Assembly (NCBI GenBank): GCA_035529595.1
Contig: DATKWK010000035.1
Coordinates: 177,067 to 241,066 of the forward strand
Length of the DNA: 64,000 nt
Direction: 5' to 3'
DNA from: Candidatus Bathyarchaeia archaeon
GTDB taxonomy: Bacteria > Patescibacteriota > Microgenomatia > PFEM01 > JAFGMK01
A program made the position numbers and the translations under genes. Below the pieces are notes generated by a model. It saw nothing but the letters and a program-made list of their open reading frames with translations, was not told the origin of the DNA and made no database searches. Shown one piece after another: positions 49,886-57,084 of the stretch (position 1 is its first letter; each line of letters opens with the position of its first letter).

Positions 49886-50608
49886 ATGAAAATCGATATT
49901 TTAACCCTATTTCCAGCCATGTTTAAGGGCCCGTTTGAAGAAAGCATTATCAAACGCGCCCAAGATAAGGGTTTTGTGGAAATTAAGATCCATGATTTGA
50001 GGCAGTGGACCAAAGACCGCTATAAAACCGTCGACGACCGTCCTTACGGCGGCGGCACCGGCATGATCATGCGTGTCGATATTATCGAACGAGCAATATT
50101 AGATATCAAAAATAAAAAAACAAAAACACGAAGTAAAAATCAAAAAATAATCTTATTAACACCTCAAGGAAAAGTATTTAATCAACAAAGAGCCCAAGAA
50201 TTGTCAAAACTAGATCGTTTAATTTTAATTTGCGGCCATTACGAAGGCGTTGATGAACGAATCAGAAAATATTTAGTTGACGAGGAAATCTCTATCGGCG
50301 ACTACATCTTAACCGGCGGCGAGCTACCGGCGATGGTGCTTACCGACAGCATCGTCAGACTTCTGCCCGGAGTTCTTCATAAACCCGAAGCGGTTGAACT
50401 GGAGTCTTTTTCACACAATAAAAACAACCACTTGTCGCTCCTGCTCGAATATCCTCAATATACCCGGCCGGCTAATTTCCGGGGTTGGAAAGTGCCTCCA
50501 GTTTTACTCTCAGGCAATCACCAGAAAATCGAAAACTGGCGCCAGGAACAAGCCCTAAAAAGAACCCGGAAGCGACGGCCGGATCTGCTAAAATCGATAG
50601 CTCGATAA
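49886..50608 (+). CDS. trmD: tRNA (guanine37-N1)-methyltransferase
   Basis: [53 protein letters not shown]. Confidence 0.97.
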   Translation: MKIDILTLFPAMFKGPFEESIIKRAQDKGFVEIKIHDLRQWTKDRYKTVDDRPYGGGTGMIMRVDIIERAILDIKNKKTKTRSKNQKIILLTPQGKVFNQQRAQELSKLDRLILICGHYEGVDERIRKYLVDEEISIGDYILTGGELPAMVLTDSIVRLLPGVLHKPEAVELESFSHNKNNHLSLLLEYPQYTRPANFRGWKVPPVLLSGNHQKIENWRQEQALKRTRKRRPDLLKSIAR

Positions 50609-50648
50609 CTTAACCCACTAAATTAAAGTTCGCAAGGTATCAATAGCC

Positions 50649-51545
50649 TTACCAGCTGCCGCTGGCGCCGCCACCACCTGAGGAACCGCCGCCAAAACCG
50701 CCAAATCCCCCACCGCCACCGCCGCCGCTAAAAAAGCCTCCCCGGGAAGGCCACCAACTGGTCGACCGGCCGCTTGACTTTAACTTGTCGTAGTTGCGGG
50801 ACAAAAGCCAATCCAGAAGCAGGCCAAAAAGAAAAAAAGCTAAGGCTAAAATAATTACCCAAGCTAATATACCGATAATCCAACCAGCCGTTAACCCTAA
50901 AATTCCTCCAGTAATGCCGCCCGGCCAGATACGCCTGCTTCTCCCCCAAAAACTGGAAAAATAGACCAAAATAATAACGGCAATCACAATAATATTGATA
51001 TAACCGGCGGCCTTAGTTTGAATTTCCTCGGCCGCAGTCGGCGTTTCCCCCGAACGGACGTAACTTAGAAGCGAATCGACGCCACTGCTCACACCAGCCT
51101 CGTAATGGCCGTCTTTAAACTCAGGGATAATTTTTTCCCGGATAATCCGGCCCGCCCGGCCGTCGGTAACCACCCCTTCCAGACCATAACCGACTTCGAT
51201 CCTTACCTGCCGCTGATTGGGAGCAACTAAAAGCAGCAGGCCGTTATCTTTTTCCTTTTTGCCAATCCGCCATTCTTCAAAAAGCCGAACCGCCAAATCT
51301 TCAATCGTCGTTTCCTGAAGATCGCCAACGGTTACCACAGAAAATTCTACTGTTGTTTCTTTTTCAAAAGAAACCAGCTGATTTTCCAGAGAAGAAATAA
51401 ATTGAGTTGAAAAAATTCCCGCCCAGTCGTTGACAAATCCGGCTGGTTGAGGAAATTCAACTGCCAGCAAGGGAACTGTCCCGGCCAGGGAAAAAAGAAA
51501 AATAATACCGACCAACGATAATATTTTACGCCGCCAATTAGCCAT
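50649..51545 (-). CDS. TPM domain protein (YgcG-like)
   Basis: GFVNDWA, IGKKEKDNGLLL, RIEVGYGLEG, Gly-rich tail GGGASGSW. Confidence 0.9.
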   Translation of the reverse strand: MANWRRKILSLVGIIFLFSLAGTVPLLAVEFPQPAGFVNDWAGIFSTQFISSLENQLVSFEKETTVEFSVVTVGDLQETTIEDLAVRLFEEWRIGKKEKDNGLLLLVAPNQRQVRIEVGYGLEGVVTDGRAGRIIREKIIPEFKDGHYEAGVSSGVDSLLSYVRSGETPTAAEEIQTKAAGYINIIVIAVIILVYFSSFWGRSRRIWPGGITGGILGLTAGWIIGILAWVIILALAFFLFGLLLDWLLSRNYDKLKSSGRSTSWWPSRGGFFSGGGGGGGFGGFGGGSSGGGGASGSW

Positions 51546-51615
51546 CTTATCTATTACCCAACTTGTAATAATCTAACCTTTGGATATTTTCCCAGCCTTT
51601 TGAGCGAATCCTAAG

Positions 51616-52176
51616 TTAAGGATTTATGTCTACCTCGGGTGCGTTTTCGGCGCCTTCGCTGGCTTCAAAGAATGACCGGCTTTGGAAGCCTAATATGCCC
51701 GCAATCAGATTAGCCGGAAATTTCTTAACGGTAACATTATAGTCTTTAACCAGATCGTTAAAGCGGCGCCTTTCGACGGCAATGCGATTCTCCGAACCGG
51801 CCAGCTCATCCATTAACTGGGTCACATTTTCGCTTGACCGAAGCTCCGGATAATTTTCCATGACCACCAGAAGTCTGCCTAAAGCCGATTCTACCTGAGT
51901 GGCCGCTTTCACCCGTTCCTCCACCGTGACCGCTCCCGAATATTTGGTCCGGGCTTCGGCAATCAGCGAAAAAACCGCTTGTTCCTGCTTCATGATGCCT
52001 TCAACCGATTTAACCAAGTTAGGAATCAGATCAAAACGGCGCTGATATTGGGTTTCTACTTGAGCCCATTGATTATCAACTCCCTGGGATTTGGCGATCA
52101 AATTGTTGTAGAAGCCAACCAAACTTAAGCCGGCAACCACTAAGATAGCCCCCAGGACTAGCGCTAATTTTTTCAT
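51616..52176 (-). CDS. lemA: LemA family protein
   Basis: QYQRRFDLIPNLV, ENYPEL, ENRIAVERRRFN, KFPANLIA. SD-like AAAGGGGGTGA before MKKL at 52176. Confidence 0.92.
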   Translation of the reverse strand: MKKLALVLGAILVVAGLSLVGFYNNLIAKSQGVDNQWAQVETQYQRRFDLIPNLVKSVEGIMKQEQAVFSLIAEARTKYSGAVTVEERVKAATQVESALGRLLVVMENYPELRSSENVTQLMDELAGSENRIAVERRRFNDLVKDYNVTVKKFPANLIAGILGFQSRSFFEASEGAENAPEVDINP

Positions 52177-52279
52177 TTTTTCACCCCCTTTCATAACTCG
52201 TTACTTATTAATAGCTTTTAATAGACAGTCAGCCTTCTTCATTCTAACAAAACTTGTTTTGAAAAACTATAATTAAACC

Positions 52280-52924
52280 ATGGCCTTAAAATTTAAAAAA
52301 CTGGTCGTCGGCCAACTGGCAACTAATTGCTATCTTTTATGGGGCGAAAAAAAAGAAACATTAATAATCGACCCCGGGGATGCCAGTGATTTTATCAGCG
52401 AAACAATTCTGGCAAACGAACTTAAACCTAAAATAGTGGTGGCTACCCATGGTCATTTTGATCACGTATTAGCCGGCTTTGCCCTGCAACACACTTTCAA
52501 GATTCCGGTGGCCGCCAGCCGGAAAGATAATTTTATTCTCCAATATATGGCAAAAAGCGCGCAGTATTGGCTGAATTTGAAAAATGAACCGGTTGATCCG
52601 CCGCCGGAGATTGGCCGTTTGCTGGTTGCCGGCGATCAAATTCCGGCCGGGAAATATGTCTTCAGGATTCTGGAAACACCCGGCCATACACCAGGGAGCC
52701 TCTGTTTATATTGTCCGCAGGGAAACCTGGTGCTTACCGGCGACACCCTTTTTAGCGGCGGCTGGGGCCGGACCGACTTGCCGGGCGGCGACGAAAAACA
52801 GCTGAAAAAGTCCTTGAAATTACTGCTCGGCCTGCCGCCCCAAACCCAGGTATTACCGGGCCACGGCCCGGAAACAACTATCGGCAAAGAACAGGAATTT
52901 CTAAAACAACTGTTAATGCTATAA
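52280..52924 (+). CDS. MBL-fold metallo-hydrolase (glyoxalase II-like)
   Basis: THGHFDH, TPGHTPGS, TGDTLF, GRTDLPGG, PGHG. Confidence 0.9.
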   Translation: MALKFKKLVVGQLATNCYLLWGEKKETLIIDPGDASDFISETILANELKPKIVVATHGHFDHVLAGFALQHTFKIPVAASRKDNFILQYMAKSAQYWLNLKNEPVDPPPEIGRLLVAGDQIPAGKYVFRILETPGHTPGSLCLYCPQGNLVLTGDTLFSGGWGRTDLPGGDEKQLKKSLKLLLGLPPQTQVLPGHGPETTIGKEQEFLKQLLML

Positions 52925-52935
52925 TCAAACTGCTT

Positions 52936-54351
52936 ATGGATATTCAACTTAAAAAAATCGGTATTAACCAGTGGCAAATCGAAAAACAGCCGGGGATGAA
53001 AGCTGACGTGGTAATATTTGTCAAAGAGGAGATGCTGCCGCAAATAAAGACAGACCTGTCTCTTGTTCAGCTGATACAGTCGGCTTCTCTGCCGAGAGTC
53101 ATTTCGCCGGTAATCGGCATGCCGGATATTCATGAGGGATTCGGCTTGCCAATCGGCGGAGTAATGGCGACTGACAATCTGGTTTCTTCGGGGGCAGTCG
53201 GAATGGATATCAACTGTGGTGTACGCTTGATCGCCACTAATTTGACTTATGCCGCCGCCAGATTTAGCCGGAGCTTTCTACTTGACTTGGTTAGGGCAAT
53301 TGAAAAAGCAGTCCCGATTGGCCTGGGTGGAAAAAGAAGAGAAGGCTTGCCGAAGAATCTCACTTTTGAAGAAGTTGTCACCGGCGGCGTCCAAACCTTA
53401 GTCAAAAAGGGCTATGCCACCCCGGACGACCTGCAATCCTGTGAAGAATACGGCCAGATGCCCGGAGCCCGTATAGAGGCGCTTTCCTCCCAAGCGGTCA
53501 AACGAGCCTCCGCCCAGTTGGGAACTCTGGGATCGGGCAATCATTTTATCGAAATCCAGCGTCTGGATAAAATCTATGATCCAAAACTGGCTAAAGCTTT
53601 CGGTCTTTTTGAAAACCAAATCACAGTCATGGTTCACTGCGGTTCGCGGGCCCTTGGCCAGCAGACCTGCCTGGATTATACGGAAAAATTTGCCCGTGCC
53701 GCCGGCAAGTACGGCATCGAGTACCCGACACCCAATTTATCAGCTCTGCCGGCCGATTCACCCGAAGGCCAAGCATATTTGCAGGCGATGGCCGCTTGCG
53801 TTAATTTTGCTTTCGCCAACCGCCAATTCATTACCCACCAAATCCGCCGCATATTTGACGCCTCTTTCCGGAAAGATAACCTTAAACTGATGTTGGTCTA
53901 TGACGTTGCCCATAACATCGCCAAATGGGAAGAGCATCGGGGCAAAAAATTATTGATTCACCGCAAAGGCGCCACCCGGGCCCTGCCCGCAGGCCACCGG
54001 CAAAATCCCCAAAAATACGCTCAAACCGGCCACCCGGCGATTGTGCCGGGCAGCATGGGAACAGCGTCGTTTGTAATGGCCGGCTTGCCTTTAGCGGAAA
54101 AAACTTTCTACAGCGTTAACCACGGCGCCGGCCGGAGAATGAGCCGGCATGAAGCCCAGAGAACGATCAAAAAAGAAGAATTTGATCAAGTCATGAAAGA
54201 TATCGTTTACAATAAACCGTTCCGGGTGATCAGCGACGAAGCGCCTCAAGCCTACAAAGACATTAATTTGGTGACGGAGACTCTGGTGGAAGCCGGAATC
54301 GCCCAAAAAGTCGCCCGCATCAGACCGCTGGCGGTAATCAAGGGCGATTAG
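52936..54351 (+). CDS. rtcB: RNA-splicing/repair ligase RtcB
   Basis: MPDIHEGFGLPIGG, GMDINCGVR, GTLGSGNHFIE, HCGSR, HRKGAT, PGSMG, HGAGRRMSR, EAPQAYK. Confidence 0.95.
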   Translation: MDIQLKKIGINQWQIEKQPGMKADVVIFVKEEMLPQIKTDLSLVQLIQSASLPRVISPVIGMPDIHEGFGLPIGGVMATDNLVSSGAVGMDINCGVRLIATNLTYAAARFSRSFLLDLVRAIEKAVPIGLGGKRREGLPKNLTFEEVVTGGVQTLVKKGYATPDDLQSCEEYGQMPGARIEALSSQAVKRASAQLGTLGSGNHFIEIQRLDKIYDPKLAKAFGLFENQITVMVHCGSRALGQQTCLDYTEKFARAAGKYGIEYPTPNLSALPADSPEGQAYLQAMAACVNFAFANRQFITHQIRRIFDASFRKDNLKLMLVYDVAHNIAKWEEHRGKKLLIHRKGATRALPAGHRQNPQKYAQTGHPAIVPGSMGTASFVMAGLPLAEKTFYSVNHGAGRRMSRHEAQRTIKKEEFDQVMKDIVYNKPFRVISDEAPQAYKDINLVTETLVEAGIAQKVARIRPLAVIKGD

Positions 54352-54372
54352 GGAACTAACCGCTAACTTAAT

Positions 54373-54633
54373 CTAAGTCCGCCACAGTAACGTCACCAGT
54401 AAAACGGCGGCAAAAGCTGCAATGGCCAGATACTCGGCCAAAACCTTCAGGTGAAAATCTTTATTGGCCAGATGATGGAGACTGCCCCAGAGAACGTAAA
54501 AACCGGCGATTAAGAGAACGATAATTGTTTGCAACCGGCGGTTATAACCGAAGTAAACAAAAGCCAATAGCCCAAAGGCCAAAAGCGTCACCAGGGCCAG
54601 GTAGTCCTTATAATCTTTCTTTAAGTCAAACAT
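54373..54633 (-). CDS. Small membrane protein
   Basis: Three hydrophobic helices, YVLWGSLHH...EY. Start 54633 or 54648. Confidence 0.65.
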   Translation of the reverse strand: MFDLKKDYKDYLALVTLLAFGLLAFVYFGYNRRLQTIIVLLIAGFYVLWGSLHHLANKDFHLKVLAEYLAIAAFAAVLLVTLLWRT

Positions 54634-54673
54634 ATTTCCCTCGCTCAATTTTTGACACTTTTACCATTATTTT

Positions 54674-55615
54674 TCATAATATCAACCCCGGTTCGATTAC
54701 CATAATTGCCAGAATCAAAAAAAGCAAAAAAGTTAAATGCGCCAGACTGCGGCCGGACAGGCGGACGGTCCTATTTTTGGCGACTAAATAAATATCCAAA
54801 ACTAAGGCGCCGATGATGATCCCGGCGGCAAAAATAACTAATATTTTAGTGACTGAAAATGGGCTGGCCAGAGGTTTAGAACCGCGATCCCTTTTCAGAT
54901 CAGCGGCGGCAATCAATTGTGAAAACCAAGCCGATGAGGTGGCTTCCCCGCCGGCAAGAGCCGGTTTGGGCCGGCTCGGATTCAGGTTAGCCAAAACCGG
55001 TTTATTCTCTCCGGGGCTGGCCTTTGCCAGCGTCGCCGTTGAAGAAACCGGCGTTCCAAAGAGCTGGACTACCAGAGTGGTTTCGACTCCTTCAAGCATA
55101 CCGTCAACCACGGCGATGCCAATTTCCTGATAGTTGGAGTTTAAAACATTATCCCGGTGGGTCGGCGAATCCATCCAGGCAACTACGACCGCATCCGAGT
55201 CGTTAAAATCCCGGGCCAGATTCTCTCCGGCAAAACTGTAATCGTAACCGGCATCTCTGAAAAAAGCCCAGGGAGTTCTTCCGGTCGGCGAATTATGCGC
55301 CCAGTAATTTAAGGCAAACATATCGCCCGCTTTTCTCCGGGCAGCCTCGTTCAAAACTGGATTATTATTCAGGGGCGTTAAACCTCTTTGCGTTCTTTGC
55401 TGATTAGTCTGCTCGATCAAACGGTCCGGATTGATATTGGCCGCATAGCCCAAAACCCGGGGGAAAAAAAGACCGAAATAGTTCAAGAAAAACTGGCCGG
55501 CCAGAAAACAGGCGACGACTGCAGAAAGGAAGGCCGGATGCAGAACATGAGCCCGCTGATTATTTGACTCTTGAGGAAAAAAATAATGGCCGACTTGGGC
55601 AAGCGCTGTTGGCAT
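54674..55615 (-). CDS. CAP (SCP/PR-1) domain membrane protein
   Basis: TNQQR, KAGDM...YWAH, AGENLA, WMDSPTHRDN, EIGIAV, VVQLFG; N- and C-terminal TMs. Confidence 0.88.
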   Translation of the reverse strand: MPTALAQVGHYFFPQESNNQRAHVLHPAFLSAVVACFLAGQFFLNYFGLFFPRVLGYAANINPDRLIEQTNQQRTQRGLTPLNNNPVLNEAARRKAGDMFALNYWAHNSPTGRTPWAFFRDAGYDYSFAGENLARDFNDSDAVVVAWMDSPTHRDNVLNSNYQEIGIAVVDGMLEGVETTLVVQLFGTPVSSTATLAKASPGENKPVLANLNPSRPKPALAGGEATSSAWFSQLIAAADLKRDRGSKPLASPFSVTKILVIFAAGIIIGALVLDIYLVAKNRTVRLSGRSLAHLTFLLFLILAIMVIEPGLIL

Positions 55616-55690
55616 TGGTTAATTATAGCTTTAATGCAAATTGACCGTCAAGCCGGGAAAAACCCATCAATACCCACCCGGCGTGTAAAG

Positions 55691-56275
55691 CTAAAGCCGG
55701 GAGACGATGACTAGACGCTGCCGGTCCAAATAGCCGGTACAGGTATAAAGCGTTAAAGTAGCCGATTTTGTCGGCGACAAAACACCAATGTCCTTTGGCG
55801 AGACGGTCATTACCTGACTGACCTGATAGTGCCATTTATCGCCTGCCTGATCGGTTATTTCAACCAAATCGCCATTTTTAACCTGTTTCAAACGGCCGAA
55901 GAGATTAGTCCGGTTATGGGCATAAATAATCGCGTTTCCCGGCCGGCCGATTATTCCGGAACCAAGCACATAAGAAGCGCTCCCGGTAAAAAGCGGCCAG
56001 TCGCTTGCTGTTAACTCGACTTGGGAAACAGGTAAATCAAGGCTGATCGAGGCAATTTTGAGGTGTGCGGGATAAAGCTGGTCTTTGACAACAGTTAAAG
56101 CCGGTTTCCCGGCGAAGGAGACCGGCGACGGGGAAAATTTAGCGGTCAGCCAGAATACCAAAACCAGCAATAAGCCTGTTCCCAAGAATAACCAACCGCT
56201 CAGACGGCGCCGGCTCTTAACTAAACCTGCGGCGCGGAAGCTTTGACTAAGATTCTGACGCCAATCCCCAAACAT
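55691..56275 (-). CDS. Sortase
   Basis: N-terminal TM; GNAIIYAHN (His), TLTLYTC (Cys), RQRLVI (Arg). Start uncertain; ATG at 56275 chosen. Confidence 0.85.
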   Translation of the reverse strand: MFGDWRQNLSQSFRAAGLVKSRRRLSGWLFLGTGLLLVLVFWLTAKFSPSPVSFAGKPALTVVKDQLYPAHLKIASISLDLPVSQVELTASDWPLFTGSASYVLGSGIIGRPGNAIIYAHNRTNLFGRLKQVKNGDLVEITDQAGDKWHYQVSQVMTVSPKDIGVLSPTKSATLTLYTCTGYLDRQRLVIVSRL

Positions 56276-57084
56276 AGACAACCACCAGTATAAAACCAAA
56301 GAGCGGCTTTTTGCCAGTCGAAACTTCCGGTCGCCCCCAAAACCGCGGCCCCTAAAATCCGGCCCCCGCCGGCGGCCGTCCCCAGGCAAATTTCGTTGGA
56401 GAGCTCGCCGGGAGCGCAATCATTGACCGCCCGTACTGCAAAACAATAGTCGGTTCCGGGATCCAAACCAGCCACGTTGAAACTGGTCACCCGGCCGGCA
56501 TCGGCAACTCCGAATTGGTAGTTCCGGGAAGTCAAGCCGTAAGAAAGTGCATAATGCGTGGCCAAGTCAACCGCGGTCCACTTCAAAAGCACCTGGTCAC
56601 GCTTTTCTAAACGGTCAGCGCTTAATAATACCGGCGCCAGCGGCGTGGCCGCTCCGCAATGGGGCGGTTCACCCGGCCCTCCCAAACCGCCGCCACCGCC
56701 TGACGAGGATGAAGGCGGTACTGCTGTCGGGGTAGAAACCGGTACCGGGGTCGGGGTCGGGCTAAGTTCTTCCGCCGGTGTCGGGGTCGAACTTGGTTCT
56801 TCCGGAATCGTCGGTGTCGGCGACAAGCCTTCTCCCGGTGTTGGGGTCGGCATTTCTGCCGTTGTCGGTGTCGGACTCGAGCAGGGCTGGCAGCCGCCAC
56901 ACCAGGAAGAGTCGCACCAACCGCCAATGCCAGGGCAGAAACAATTCCCGGAACAGCCATCGTCCGCCAGACTCAAAACCTTGGTTTTCCAAATACCACT
57001 GATGGCCAAAATCTTGTAAAGCGAAAACCCGAAAACTCCGAGAACAAAAAGGAAAATTAAAACCCGGGCGATTTTCTTAATCAT
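56221..57084 (-). CDS. Secreted FN3-like domain protein with Pro/Thr linker and C-terminal sorting-like tail
   Basis: N-terminal hydrophobic segment, 7-Cys mini-domain, PTPT repeats, LKW...HYALSYG...GLDPGTDYCFAVRAVN...SNE, then LGATG plus a hydrophobic stretch. Confidence 0.78.
   Translation of the reverse strand: MIKKIARVLIFLFVLGVFGFSLYKILAISGIWKTKVLSLADDGCSGNCFCPGIGGWCDSSWCGGCQPCSSPTPTTAEMPTPTPGEGLSPTPTIPEEPSSTPTPAEELSPTPTPVPVSTPTAVPPSSSSGGGGGLGGPGEPPHCGAATPLAPVLLSADRLEKRDQVLLKWTAVDLATHYALSYGLTSRNYQFGVADAGRVTSFNVAGLDPGTDYCFAVRAVNDCAPGELSNEICLGTAAGGGRILGAAVLGATGSFDWQKAALWFYTGGCLCLGIGVRILVKASAPQV
56720..56880 (-). repeat. Coding Pro/Thr tandem repeat (about 10-aa unit)
   Basis: SSPTPTTAEMPTPTPGEGLSPTPTIPEEPSSTPTPAEELSPTPTPVPVSTPT. 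Confidence 0.8.

Noticed and set aside
50655-50730. CCG/CCA trinucleotide-rich run
   Set aside because: It encodes the normal Gly-rich tail of TPM/YgcG proteins.
55691-56419. 242-aa version of the sortase from the ORF track
   Set aside because: The N-terminal extension overlaps the FN3 gene by about 200 bp and looks like off-frame translation; a later start is more plausible.
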